Shown here in pieces: positions 45,337 to 55,560 of a stretch of DNA of 64,000 bases (positions within the stretch are counted from its first letter, which is position 1; the number at the start of each line of letters is the position of its first letter). Both the position numbers and the translations under genes were made by a program. The notes beneath the pieces were generated by a model. The model was not told where the DNA came from. It searched no databases and was given only the letters and a program-made list of their open reading frames with translations. The DNA comes from Bacteriovoracia bacterium (GTDB lineage: Bacteria; Bdellovibrionota; UBA1018; JBFWNL01), in contig JBFWNL010000003.1 in assembly GCA_050251055.1 (NCBI GenBank), positions 64,001-128,000 on the forward strand. The letters run 5' to 3'.

Positions 45337-46494
45337 CTAAGCCATTAGCGTAATGAACTCATCCCAGTGATGACGAAGCTTCGCCTTCAAGCGCAGGATC
45401 GCTTGGGTGTGCAACTGGCTGACGCGGGACTCGGTCACGTCGAGCACGCGGCCGATTTCCTTGAGGTTAAGATCCTCGTAATAATAAAGCGAAAGCACCA
45501 GGCGTTGCTTTTCGGGCAGGTCGGCGATGGCGTCGGCGATCATCTTCTTGACCGAGGCCACGTTCACTTCGCTAAACGGGTTGCTCGCCTTGGTGTTCCC
45601 GGTCTCATTGAGATTGATCAGATTGCGCCGATCGGCCTTCGAGAAGTTAGACACGTCGTCGAAGGAAAGGAGCGACACGCTACGCACCTGATTGAGCATG
45701 TCGTGATACTCGTCCTGCGAGATATTCAGCTCCGCGCAGACTTCTTCGTCGGTCGCCTGCCGGCCTTTCTGCTGCTCGATCTTGTTATAAACGCGTTCGA
45801 GGACCTTGGCTTTCTCGCGCACGGAGCGCGGCACCCAGTCCTGGGCGCGTAGTTCGTCGAGAATCGCGCCGCGGATGCGGAATTCGGCGTAAGTTTTGAA
45901 CTTGTTATCGCGTGAGCTATCGTATTTCTCGATCGCGTCCATGAGCCCGATCACGCCCGAGCTGATCAGGTCGTCGAGCTCGATATTCGCGGGCAAGCGC
46001 GCGGCAATGCGCTGGGCGATGTACTTGATGAGCGGCGAGTATTCGATAATCAGCTTTTCGCGGGTCATGTTGACCGGCGTGTAGTCTTCCTTCACGAGCG
46101 CGGAGGTCGCCTTGGAGTCCTGCTTCAGCTCTTTTTCGATCTCGAGCTGAAGCGCTTCCTCTTCCTGCTTCGCGGTCTCGGCGGCGACAACTTCGTCGAC
46201 CGCCTTTTCGACTTCCACCGGCGTGCCCTTGCCCGGCTTCTTCTTCTGCTCCTTGGCCGAATCTTTCGCCTTTTCCTTCGGCGTTTCTTTCTCGTTTTTC
46301 TTGCGGGCCGGCGTGGCGGCGATCGGCGCTTTCTTGGTCGCGTAGGCGGCCGTCGCGACCGCGGCCTTACCCGTCGGCTTCGTCGCGGTTTTGGGGCTCG
46401 CTTTCACCGCGGCTTTGGGCGCCGCCTTAGCGGACGACTTCGTCAGCGTTTTCGATGTTTCGCGATACTTACGGAGGCCTTCCGCTACTGACAT
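45337..46494 (-). CDS. fliA: RNA polymerase sigma-28 FliA/WhiG with N-terminal low-complexity extension
   Basis: DDLISSGVIGLMDA, RIRGAILDELRAQDWVPRSVR, LKEIGRVLDVTESRVSQLH. Confidence 0.96.
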   Translation of the reverse strand: MSVAEGLRKYRETSKTLTKSSAKAAPKAAVKASPKTATKPTGKAAVATAAYATKKAPIAATPARKKNEKETPKEKAKDSAKEQKKKPGKGTPVEVEKAVDEVVAAETAKQEEEALQLEIEKELKQDSKATSALVKEDYTPVNMTREKLIIEYSPLIKYIAQRIAARLPANIELDDLISSGVIGLMDAIEKYDSSRDNKFKTYAEFRIRGAILDELRAQDWVPRSVREKAKVLERVYNKIEQQKGRQATDEEVCAELNISQDEYHDMLNQVRSVSLLSFDDVSNFSKADRRNLINLNETGNTKASNPFSEVNVASVKKMIADAIADLPEKQRLVLSLYYYEDLNLKEIGRVLDVTESRVSQLHTQAILRLKAKLRHHWDEFITLMA

Positions 46495-47330
46495 TGTCTC
46501 ACCTCACTCCATGGCGTTAACGGGTTCCGCCAATCCAACAGGCGCTTGGAAATCATTTCCACGCAGCTTGCCGACGGATCCCCTGCATACAAGTCTACCA
46601 GAAATTCACCGCGATTCACGGTCTGATTTATTTTTTGGTCGTCAATCCAATGACCCAAGTAATCAAGTTCGACGCCGAACTTGCGCCGCGCGGCCGTGCG
46701 CAGCTCGCGGATTATTTCGCTCGCGGCCGCGGCGCTCCGTACTTGGTTTATAATCACGCCGGCCCGACGGATCCCGCGTTTCTCACGCAATATTTTCAGC
46801 AATGCATGATGCGACTTCATCGTCGCTTCGCGTCCGGTCAGGCGTGCGTTCACGACCATGACGTTGAGAAATTTCGAGCGAATCAGGCTCGGCATGCGCT
46901 CGTCCTCGGCGCTCCCCGCATCCACCAGCGCTAGCCCATCCGTTCCGCCCACGGCGCGCAGGCGCTCCTCTACTCCATCCAGGAATTTAAGCCCCTGACT
47001 GTCAATGGATTGACTCTCGTTTTCCCCATCGCAGGGAAAAACTCGGCGCGCCTCTTCCGCGTGCAAGGCGAAGCCCTTCGAACGACAAACGGGCGAAGAC
47101 CCTAAGCCGGGGTCCGCGAGCAGCACCCGCTCGCCCGCGCGACCGAGCGTCCGGGCTAAATTCATCAGCAAAGAACTCCGGCCGCCCCCCGGGGTCGCGC
47201 TGCAGAAAGCAACTACCCCCAAGCCCCGCGCGGCGGGTGCGGGGATCTCCCCTGGCCTTTCCGGGAGAGGTGAGGGCGCCGTGGCGGCATCCGTCATGAG
47301 TCTGCGTAAAGTTTCCGCTTGGTCGGACAT
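46485..47330 (-). CDS. flhG: FlhG/MinD-like flagellar number regulator, degenerate ATPase
   Basis: N-terminal DQAETLR motif; lies between flhF and fliA; P-loop altered to SATPGGGRSS. Confidence 0.75.
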   Translation of the reverse strand: MSDQAETLRRLMTDAATAPSPLPERPGEIPAPAARGLGVVAFCSATPGGGRSSLLMNLARTLGRAGERVLLADPGLGSSPVCRSKGFALHAEEARRVFPCDGENESQSIDSQGLKFLDGVEERLRAVGGTDGLALVDAGSAEDERMPSLIRSKFLNVMVVNARLTGREATMKSHHALLKILREKRGIRRAGVIINQVRSAAAASEIIRELRTAARRKFGVELDYLGHWIDDQKINQTVNRGEFLVDLYAGDPSASCVEMISKRLLDWRNPLTPWSEVRQCQ

Positions 47331-47347
47331 CCTAAAAACCCGCCGAA

Positions 47348-48763
47348 TTAAAGGTCGAGCACGAGGGCCGCTAGCCGCTCCGCCGTCGCTTCCTCGATGT
47401 CTTCGGGCACGCGTTGGCCGGTGGTGAAATACATCAGGGGGAGCTTTAATCGGTGCGACACGTTGTAAATCGATCCATAGACCAGGGCTTCATCCAGCTT
47501 GGAGAGAATCAACCCTCCTGGCTTGAACCCGGAAAAGCGCTTACCGATGTCATAGAGCTCCGTATCACGCGTGGTCGAAGACAGCACGAGCGCGGTACGC
47601 AGGTTCGGAACCGCCGCGAGAAGATCCCGCATCTGGTTCAGGTGCTCCATATCCCGCTGCGAGCGTCCAGTCGTGTCGATCAGGACGACGTCGAAGCGAT
47701 TAAACTCCTGCAAGGCGACGCGCAACTCTTCGGCGTCGGCAACCGATCGGAACGGCACGTTGAGAATCTTCGCGTAAGTGGAAAGCTGGTCGGCCGCCGC
47801 GATCTTGTAACTGTCGACATTAATTAAGCCTACCTTCAAGCCACGGTTAAGTACCGCGTCGCTTGCGATCTTCGCCAAAGTCGTGGTCTTCCCCACGCCC
47901 GTGGGTCCCAAGAGCGCGATCGCGGCGGGAGGATGGGAAGCGTCGGCGGATTTGGGGGTGATGCCTTCAAGCAAGGAGGCGACCTCGATCGTGCCCACCA
48001 GCTCTTCGGCCACCTGGTCCATCACCTGGTCCGGAGATTCGGCATCTTTTCCGTCGAGCGCGAAAACCGCCTGCTTCACGAGCAGATGCGCGTGCTTTTT
48101 TTCCAGACCGTTTACCACGAGCAGTTCGTAGCTGTCGCGCACGGCCGGATTGTTGAAAGCCGGCGCGGCGCCCATGGAGGGCGATCCCGATGCCCCCGAA
48201 GTAGCGGCGATTTCCTGGGAGCTCTTCATCTCGCCAAGCATTTGCTTCAGCTCGTCGATCTCCTGTCTGATCGCATCTTTGATCGGCGGCGTTCCGACGG
48301 CGGGCGATAGCACGGTACGCACGCTCGGGGCGGACGCGACGGGTCCGGGCGACGCCGAGGCGCCGGAGGAAACCGGCGGGGTATCGATGTCGATGTAGCG
48401 CGTGGCCGTGAGCTTACGCGACTGGCGAGCATCCGACGTTCCGGAAGCCCCGGGACGGGTAGCCGTGGGATAACGATCCAGGGTTTTCTGGGGATATCTC
48501 TCCAAGATCTCGGCCTGCTTGGACGCGGGAAGCTTCTGCATGGCCTCGACGGTTCCCGTCGGCAGCTTCGTTTCCAACGTCTTTTTCTTTTGCAACGACT
48601 TCTCCGAAACCGCCGCGGTCACCTCGACCGAGGACTTCGAAAGCAGCCCGAACCCGCCGCGAATATTCTTGGTCTGCAGGATGATCGCATCCGGCCCCAG
48701 ATCCCGCTTGATGGTCTCCAGTGCCTCTTGGATCGTAGGCGCTTCGAATTTCTTAACTTGCAT
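47348..48763 (-). CDS. flhF: Flagellar SRP-type GTPase FlhF
   Basis: GPTGVGKTTT, DSYKIAA, DTTGRS, SKLDE, TGQRVPEDI. Confidence 0.96.
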   Translation of the reverse strand: MQVKKFEAPTIQEALETIKRDLGPDAIILQTKNIRGGFGLLSKSSVEVTAAVSEKSLQKKKTLETKLPTGTVEAMQKLPASKQAEILERYPQKTLDRYPTATRPGASGTSDARQSRKLTATRYIDIDTPPVSSGASASPGPVASAPSVRTVLSPAVGTPPIKDAIRQEIDELKQMLGEMKSSQEIAATSGASGSPSMGAAPAFNNPAVRDSYELLVVNGLEKKHAHLLVKQAVFALDGKDAESPDQVMDQVAEELVGTIEVASLLEGITPKSADASHPPAAIALLGPTGVGKTTTLAKIASDAVLNRGLKVGLINVDSYKIAAADQLSTYAKILNVPFRSVADAEELRVALQEFNRFDVVLIDTTGRSQRDMEHLNQMRDLLAAVPNLRTALVLSSTTRDTELYDIGKRFSGFKPGGLILSKLDEALVYGSIYNVSHRLKLPLMYFTTGQRVPEDIEEATAERLAALVLDL

Positions 48764-50834
48764 GCGCTAACCTCACGGTGTCGAAAGCCCGCACGTTCAC
48801 GTTCGAGCTAATCTCATTATGGGACAAAACCACGATATTGGGAATGAAGCGGTCAATTAGTGACTTCAAATGCATTCGAATCACGGGCGAGCAAAGCACG
48901 ATCGTGTTGTTCGTCTCGGTGGCGATTTCGATAGCCTTCCGATTTAGTTCGGCAATAAATTGGCGTACGAACTCCGGGTCGACCGACAGCTGCTGACCTT
49001 GATCGGTCTGGATAATGCCGGAAGCGATTGTTTCCTCAATCGACTTATCGAGCGTGAGCAGCTTGATCTCTCCCGCGTCGCCCACGAGCTTCTTGGTGAT
49101 GGTCCGCCCCAGGGCAGTGCGGACGCTCTCGGTGAGCACCCCGGGATCCTTGATCATGGGCGCGCTTTCCGCCAGGGCCTCCAAGATCGTGCGCAAATCC
49201 CGAATGGACACGCCTTCCTTCAGCAGGTTCTTGAGCACCTTCAGCACCGTACTCACGGGCAGCACATTGGGAATCAGATCTTCGATGACTTTCGGGGCCA
49301 CCTGCTTGAGCGAATCCAGCAGCGTCTGCAATTCCTGTCGACCCACCAGCTCCTGCGCGTTTTGGCGAATCAGCTCGGTGAGGTGCGTGGCGATCACGGT
49401 GGAGAGATCGACCACCGTGTAACCCGCGAAGGTGGCATCTTCCTTTTGCTTGTCCGTGATCCAAAGCGCGTCGAGCCCGAATGCCGGCTCCTTCGTGGGT
49501 ACCCCGGAAATACGATCGGTGACATTGCCCGGATCCATGGCCAGCAGGTGACCCACCATGAGCGACCCCGATCCAATGGACACGCCCTTGAGCAGCACCT
49601 GGTAGTCGCCCGGCTTGAGCTCGAGATTGTCCCGAATCCGAAGCGGCGGCACGATAATGCCGAGATCGAGCGCGAATTGCTTGCGGATGTTGGAGATGCG
49701 TTCCAGCAAATCGCCGTTTTGTTCGGCATCCACGATGTTGATTAGCCCGTAGCCGACTTCCAGCTCGAGTAAGTCGACCGAGAGAAGGCTTTCGAGCTTT
49801 TCGGCGGCGGGCTTGAGCTTGTCTTTCTCCGCCTCGCGCGCCTTGCGCGCTTCCTCCGCGCGTTCCTTCTGGTACAAGCGGTAGGCTACGAAACCCAGCG
49901 CCCCGCCGATCATAAAAAATGGAATCGTGGGCAGTCCGGGCACGATCCCCAGGAATCCCATGACGCCGGAGGCCGCGAAAAGCGCCTTATAGTGGGTGAA
50001 AAGCTGCTTGGTGAATTCCTTACCCAGGTTGTTGCCGCTGGCGGTACGCGTGACGATGATACCGGCCGCGGTGGAAATAATGAGCGCCGGAATCTGGCTG
50101 ACCAGTCCATCACCGATCGTGAGCAAGGTAAAAGTCTTGGCCGCATCGGCGATCCCCATCCCATTTTGCAACGTGCCGATGATGATGCCACCGATGATAT
50201 TTACGGCGACGATGAGAATCCCCGCGATCGCGTCCCCGCGGACGAACTTGCTCGCGCCGTCCATGGCCCCGTAAAAATCCGCTTCCTCGGATATCTCCTT
50301 GCGGCGTTTACGGGCGGTTTCTTCGTTGATCGTGCCGGCGTTCAGATCGGCGTCGATGGCCATCTGTTTACCGGGCATGGCGTCCAAGGTAAAGCGCGCT
50401 GCGACTTCGGCGACGCGGCCGGCGCCCTTGGTGATGACGATGAAGTTGATGATCACCAGGATCGTGAAGATCACGAGACCGACGGCGTAGTTGCCACCCA
50501 CGACGAACTCGCCGAATGCCTGAATAACGTGCCCGGCGGCCCCGGCCCCGTCAGTTCCCCCGCGCAGCAAGACCACCCGGGTCGTGGCCACGTTCACGGA
50601 AAGCCGAAAGAGCGTGGTGATCAAGAGCAAGGTCGGGAACAAGCTGAACTCGAGCGCCTTGTTGACGTATACCGAGGTGAGGAGCAAGACCACGGCGGCG
50701 GCGATGCCGAGCACCAGCATGAGATCGATCATGAAGGGTGGTAGCGGCACTACCATCACGGCCAGGATCCCCATCAGGCCAATGGCCAGGAACAGATCCG
50801 GATTCTTACGCAATCTATCTAACCATATCGCCAT
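48753..50834 (-). CDS. flhA: Flagellar export protein FlhA
   Basis: RVAEVAARFTLDAMPGKQMAIDADL and FYGAMDGASKFVRGDA. Confidence 0.98.
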   Translation of the reverse strand: MAIWLDRLRKNPDLFLAIGLMGILAVMVVPLPPFMIDLMLVLGIAAAVVLLLTSVYVNKALEFSLFPTLLLITTLFRLSVNVATTRVVLLRGGTDGAGAAGHVIQAFGEFVVGGNYAVGLVIFTILVIINFIVITKGAGRVAEVAARFTLDAMPGKQMAIDADLNAGTINEETARKRRKEISEEADFYGAMDGASKFVRGDAIAGILIVAVNIIGGIIIGTLQNGMGIADAAKTFTLLTIGDGLVSQIPALIISTAAGIIVTRTASGNNLGKEFTKQLFTHYKALFAASGVMGFLGIVPGLPTIPFFMIGGALGFVAYRLYQKERAEEARKAREAEKDKLKPAAEKLESLLSVDLLELEVGYGLINIVDAEQNGDLLERISNIRKQFALDLGIIVPPLRIRDNLELKPGDYQVLLKGVSIGSGSLMVGHLLAMDPGNVTDRISGVPTKEPAFGLDALWITDKQKEDATFAGYTVVDLSTVIATHLTELIRQNAQELVGRQELQTLLDSLKQVAPKVIEDLIPNVLPVSTVLKVLKNLLKEGVSIRDLRTILEALAESAPMIKDPGVLTESVRTALGRTITKKLVGDAGEIKLLTLDKSIEETIASGIIQTDQGQQLSVDPEFVRQFIAELNRKAIEIATETNNTIVLCSPVIRMHLKSLIDRFIPNIVVLSHNEISSNVNVRAFDTVRLAHAS

Positions 50835-50837
50835 GGC

Positions 50838-51932
50838 TTAGAATCCTCCTCGTCCAGACTTCATCTTGTAAACGAACGCCAAGACCTCGGCGACCGCCTG
50901 GTACAGCGCCCGCGGAATGCTTTGGCCTACTTTCACCGTCTTGAATAATGTTCTCGCCAACGGCACGTTTTCCACCGTCGGCACGCCCGCATCCGCGGCG
51001 ATTTTCTTGATCTTCTGCGCGATGAAGTCCGCGCCCTTGGCGACTACCTTCGGCGCCGCCATCTTGTCTTTCTGGTAGCTCAGCGCAATCGCGATGTGGG
51101 TCGGGTTGGTGACGATCACGTCCGCTTTCTTCACCGCCTCCATCATGCGTTTACGCGCTTGATCGCGTTGCAGCGCTTTCACGCGCGCTTTGATGAGGGG
51201 ATCCCCTTCGTGTTCTTTATGCTCTTCTTTCGCCTCTTGCTTCGTCAAGCGTACCGATTTCCCGAACTCCCACTTCTGTAGCCAGAAATCGCCGGCCGCG
51301 AAGATGATCAAGATCGCGGTAAGCACCAGGAAGATGACCTTGGTGCTCGAGTCGAAAGCCCCCAATATCGACGAAGGATCGTTCAAGATGTAACTCGACG
51401 CCTTGCGGACATCGGGTTTGAGCAGCAGGTAGGCCACCCCGGCCACGACGATGGCCTTGAACAACATACGCACGGAGTCTAGCGCGTGCTTCATCGAAAA
51501 CAGGCGCTGCAGTCCCTTGAGCGGGTTGATTTTTTCCAGGTCCGGGGTCAGCGGCTCGGTGGAAAACACGTTTCCAACCTGAAAATAGCTCGCGGCGATG
51601 CCCACGATAAAGCCCACGATCGAGATCGGCAGACCGATACCCGCCAGAACCTTCATGGTCTTGCCCAAAAGCGCCCAAAGTGTTTCCTGCTTGCCTAAGT
51701 CCAGGTGCGACATCGCGTCCACCCGGAAAACGTCCTGCATGAATTCAGAGAGTTGTTGGCCCATCGAAGGCGCCATGGCGTAGGCAGCCAGCCCCGTGGC
51801 GAGCAGGCAGAACATCCCCGAAAGCTCCTTGCTCTGGGCGACGCGGCCTTGCTTCCGAAACTCCTCCAACCGGTAAGGCGACGCCTCGTCGGATAAGTCT
51901 TCGGTTGATCGGTCTTCCTTCTCCTGCGCCAA
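50838..51932 (-). CDS. flhB: Flagellar export protein FlhB
   Basis: EGDP, NPTH autocleavage motif, ENVPLAR. Confidence 0.97.
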   Translation of the reverse strand: MAQEKEDRSTEDLSDEASPYRLEEFRKQGRVAQSKELSGMFCLLATGLAAYAMAPSMGQQLSEFMQDVFRVDAMSHLDLGKQETLWALLGKTMKVLAGIGLPISIVGFIVGIAASYFQVGNVFSTEPLTPDLEKINPLKGLQRLFSMKHALDSVRMLFKAIVVAGVAYLLLKPDVRKASSYILNDPSSILGAFDSSTKVIFLVLTAILIIFAAGDFWLQKWEFGKSVRLTKQEAKEEHKEHEGDPLIKARVKALQRDQARKRMMEAVKKADVIVTNPTHIAIALSYQKDKMAAPKVVAKGADFIAQKIKKIAADAGVPTVENVPLARTLFKTVKVGQSIPRALYQAVAEVLAFVYKMKSGRGGF

Positions 51933-51944
51933 CTGACTTCCCTC

Positions 51945-52751
51945 TTATCTGCCCATGGACGCCATGACCGCGGTCATGTGCGTCCCGATATTCCCAAACA
52001 TCGTAGACGTAACGTCCTGAAACTCCGGCACGCTCAAGAGCATCACGAACAGCCCCACGAACGCGCTAATCGAAAAAGACAGTACGAGCACGTTGAGCTG
52101 CGGCACCGCGCGCGCCATCACGCCGTAAAAAATGTTGATCCCAAAGAGTGCGACCGCCATCGGCGCTGCGATCTGAAGCCCCATGCGCAGGACTTCACCG
52201 CTGAAGTGGATCAGCTTGTCGGCGAAAATCGCGCCAAACTCCGCCTTGCCCATGCCCACCAACCGATAGCTATCGAGCGCGCTCCGTAGCATCAGGTGGT
52301 GGCCATCCATCGCCAGGAAAATCAACATTGCGATGGTCGTTTGGATCTTGGCCACGACCTGGGTTTGCGTTTCCTGATGGGGGTCGAAGACGCTGGCGGA
52401 TGCGAAACCCATGAAACTACCGGCGATGTCAGAACCGATCTGAATGGCATCGAAAACCATGCGGGCGGAGAACCCCACGACGGCGCCGAAGAGCGCCTCC
52501 TTGGCGATCACGCCCCCCAGGGTAGAGGCCTGCGCGGCCCAGATCGCGGCCTCGGCAGGGCGGACCTGGCCGCTGCTCACCAAGATCGGATACACGACCA
52601 GGGTAATCGCCACCGACAGAAGAATCTTGGCCGGAGCGGGCACCGACTTGTCCCCCAAAAAAGGCAAGGTCGCGATAATCACGCTAAAGCGCACGAGCAC
52701 GGCGAAAAAGGTCATGATCTCGTTCTGGTCGAACTGCAGAAGCGAACTCAC
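51945..52751 (-). CDS. fliR: Flagellar export protein FliR
   Basis: VFDP, DGHH and ARAVPQLNV motifs; synteny. Confidence 0.95.
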   Translation of the reverse strand: MSSLLQFDQNEIMTFFAVLVRFSVIIATLPFLGDKSVPAPAKILLSVAITLVVYPILVSSGQVRPAEAAIWAAQASTLGGVIAKEALFGAVVGFSARMVFDAIQIGSDIAGSFMGFASASVFDPHQETQTQVVAKIQTTIAMLIFLAMDGHHLMLRSALDSYRLVGMGKAEFGAIFADKLIHFSGEVLRMGLQIAAPMAVALFGINIFYGVMARAVPQLNVLVLSFSISAFVGLFVMLLSVPEFQDVTSTMFGNIGTHMTAVMASMGR

Positions 52752-53017
52752 CTAATCCAGACCCCCGCGTTGCCAAACACCGTGATCGCGTACTCCTGCA
52801 TGACCTTGAGCATCCACGGCGCCATCACGGCCATGACGAGCACGACCGCGAATATTTTAGGAATGAAGGTCAGGGTGGATTCGTTGATTTGCGTGATGGC
52901 TTGCAGCACGCTGACGACGATACCGATGATCATGGCCGCGAGCAGTAGTGGACTCGCGAGCAAAAGCGTCGTCTTGATCGCTTCGGCTCCGATCGAAAGC
53001 ACTAATTCGTCCGTCAT
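52748..53017 (-). CDS. fliQ: Flagellar export protein FliQ
   Basis: QAITQINESTLTFIPK. Confidence 0.96.
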   Translation of the reverse strand: MTDELVLSIGAEAIKTTLLLASPLLLAAMIIGIVVSVLQAITQINESTLTFIPKIFAVVLVMAVMAPWMLKVMQEYAITVFGNAGVWIR

Positions 53018-53056
53018 TTGTCCCCCCGCGCGGACCGTCCGCGCTCATCTGCAAAT

Positions 53057-53857
53057 CTAACCGAAACTTTTCACCAGGCTGCCTACGACCAGCTCCCAGC
53101 CGTCCACGAGGACGAAAAGCAGAATCTTAAAAGGCAGCGAAATCATCATCGGCGGCAGCATCATCATCCCCATCGCCATCAGCACGCTGGCCACGACCAT
53201 GTCGAGGACCAGGAACGGCAGGTAGAGCATGAAACCGATTTGAAAAGCCGTTTTCAGCTCGCTGATGATGAAGGCCGGAACCAAAATATATGTCGGCACG
53301 TCCGCGCGGGTTTGCGGCTTTTCGCTCTTAGTGAGCGACAGGAAAAGCTCAAGATCCTTTTCGCGGGTTTGACTGAACATGAACTCGCGAATCGGCACCT
53401 CGGCGCGCTCGAGCGCCGTCTTTTGCGGAATCTGCTCGTTCATATAGGGTTCGATGGCGCTGGCGTTGATTTGCTGGAAAGTCGGCGCCATCACGAAAAA
53501 CGAAAGGAAAAGAGATAAGCCGATAATTAACTGGTTTGGCGGCATCTGCTGGGTTCCCAGCGATTGCCGTAGGAAGCTCAAAACTACCACGATGCGCGTG
53601 AACGAGGTCATCATGATCAGGATCGCGGGCGCCAGTGAAAGCACCGTGAGCATGATCACGATGCGCAAAACGGAAACCAGGTCCTGCGGTTTGTCCGATC
53701 CGCCGAAATTGAGCGATAGCGCCGGCACGGTCAGTCCCGAGGTGCCCGGGACGTACTTTTGGTTGTCCGCGTAGGCTGGCGCCGCCGTCACCGACGCCAG
53801 GGCAATCCCCAGGACGGCACTAAAAGTCAAGATGGCGGAGACCAGCCGTTTGATCAT
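53057..53857 (-). CDS. fliP: Flagellar export protein FliP
   Basis: [26 protein letters not shown]. Confidence 0.97.
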   Translation of the reverse strand: MIKRLVSAILTFSAVLGIALASVTAAPAYADNQKYVPGTSGLTVPALSLNFGGSDKPQDLVSVLRIVIMLTVLSLAPAILIMMTSFTRIVVVLSFLRQSLGTQQMPPNQLIIGLSLFLSFFVMAPTFQQINASAIEPYMNEQIPQKTALERAEVPIREFMFSQTREKDLELFLSLTKSEKPQTRADVPTYILVPAFIISELKTAFQIGFMLYLPFLVLDMVVASVLMAMGMMMLPPMMISLPFKILLFVLVDGWELVVGSLVKSFG

Positions 53858-55047
53858 AGCGACTTCATCCCCTTGAGGCGGTCCCGGATACGGTCCCGGG
53901 CGTTGGCGCTCTTGGCCGCCGAGCTCAGCTTGACCGAGTCGGAAACGCGGTTCGTGGCCTGCGCCATCGCGGGATCGAGCACGGCATCGAAGCTAAGGGC
54001 CGGTCCCTTGGCGGCGGGAGCCGTCGCCGCTGGGCGACGATCCGTCGACTGAACCGGAGCGTGGGCCGAGGCGGGCGTCGCACGCGTGGTGGGCTCGAGC
54101 TCTTCGTCGAAATCCCCGACCGCTTCCGCCAATGCCGAAAGGTGCGAGATCAAATTGATCGAATCCTCGGTGATCCCTAGCACCATTTCCTTGCCGTTCA
54201 CGCGAACCACCGCGATGCTCTTCTTTGGCCCCAGGTAATGCGTGGCCATCACCTCGATAGCGGCCTTACGAGCGGATTTGCCTTTTTGGAACATGCCCGT
54301 AAGGCGGCCTTGCAATGACCCGCGGCCTTTTAGCTTCCGCAGCAGGAGCACGGCGCCCCCAAACATCGCGAGGATCAATCCCAGCCAGGCGAACGCCCGG
54401 ATCGGGCTAGGCAGGGGTTTGGCGCTCGTCAGCGGGAGCTTTTCCCCTTTGGAATCCGTCTTCAGATCTAGCTTCGCGGCCGACTTTCCATCCGCTTTGG
54501 CCGCGGGCTTAGGCGCGCCCAGAACTTTCTCTAGTAACGCCTTCTGCTCCTTATCGAGCGTGGGCGGGGAATCGTCGGCGGCGGTTTCAGCGGGTGCTTG
54601 GCGCGTGGCCTGCGCGGATGCGGTGGCGATGGCATCTTTTTTAGTGTCCTTCGGTCCCAGCTTCACGATGAGCTGCTTGCCATTGGCCTGCAGCTGCAGG
54701 CGATTGCGGAACGCCTCGGCGCTCTCCTTCACGCTCAGGCGACACCGAACCAGCTTCGGCGTGTACTGATAGGTAAAAATCTTGGTGATCTCCCCGCTAT
54801 CGACGGCGAGGATCTTTGCTGGATAGACCGAAACGTCCTTCAGACTGAGCTGAATGATATCGCGCACGTATTCGATTCCTACCTGCGCCATCGAGATGGG
54901 CTGGTCGAACTGCAGCACGATCTGCTCGCCTTTTCCGGATTGAACCTGCTTTAACACCGTGGTGGCCGAGGCTTCGCTCGGTAGGCACGCGGCCGCGACG
55001 AGCCCCAACCCCGCGAGAAAAAAGCCGGACAACTTGCTTTGCATCAT
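53854..55047 (-). CDS. fliO: FliO/FliZ-family protein with long N-terminal periplasmic domain
   Basis: TM segment followed by [28 protein letters not shown]; located between fliN and fliP. Confidence 0.8.
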   Translation of the reverse strand: MMQSKLSGFFLAGLGLVAAACLPSEASATTVLKQVQSGKGEQIVLQFDQPISMAQVGIEYVRDIIQLSLKDVSVYPAKILAVDSGEITKIFTYQYTPKLVRCRLSVKESAEAFRNRLQLQANGKQLIVKLGPKDTKKDAIATASAQATRQAPAETAADDSPPTLDKEQKALLEKVLGAPKPAAKADGKSAAKLDLKTDSKGEKLPLTSAKPLPSPIRAFAWLGLILAMFGGAVLLLRKLKGRGSLQGRLTGMFQKGKSARKAAIEVMATHYLGPKKSIAVVRVNGKEMVLGITEDSINLISHLSALAEAVGDFDEELEPTTRATPASAHAPVQSTDRRPAATAPAAKGPALSFDAVLDPAMAQATNRVSDSVKLSSAAKSANARDRIRDRLKGMKSL

Positions 55048-55104
55048 AAAGCCTTCCTTGGCAAACTCCCGGGCCATCCTGGTCCGGGTTCAAAGCTTGA
55101 AACC

Positions 55105-55536
55105 TTACTTCAGCTGCTCGATCCGCTCGATCGGGGAGATGATATCCGTCAGACGAATCCCGAACTTCTCGTTTACGACCACGACTTCACCGCGAGCGAC
55201 GAGCTTTTCGTTCACTAGAATTTCCAAGGGCTCGCCCGCGAGCTTCTGGAGCTCGATCACCGAACCTTGCCCTAACTCCAGGATCTCGCGGATGGACATT
55301 TTCGCCCGTCCTAGCTCCGCGGTGACCTTAAGGGGGATGTCGAGGATGAAGTCCAATGACTGCACCGGACCTGCCTTGGGGGCGCCGCCCGGTTTCCCGG
55401 CCCCGGCGGTCCCTTGAGCCGCGGCACCCGCCGCCGCCGCTTGGAGCAGCTGCTCCGCGCCGGCGCCTTCGATCGCGGCGGCCACATCGGTGGGCGCGCC
55501 TGGTTCCATTGGAGATGTGGTTGCTTCTTCACTCAT
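55105..55536 (-). CDS. fliN: Flagellar motor switch protein FliN
   Basis: ILDIPLKVTAELGR..RGEVVVVNEKFGIR. Confidence 0.96.
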   Translation of the reverse strand: MSEEATTSPMEPGAPTDVAAAIEGAGAEQLLQAAAAGAAAQGTAGAGKPGGAPKAGPVQSLDFILDIPLKVTAELGRAKMSIREILELGQGSVIELQKLAGEPLEILVNEKLVARGEVVVVNEKFGIRLTDIISPIERIEQLK

Positions 55537-55560
55537 AGTCAATTCCCTTCTTTAATCCGA

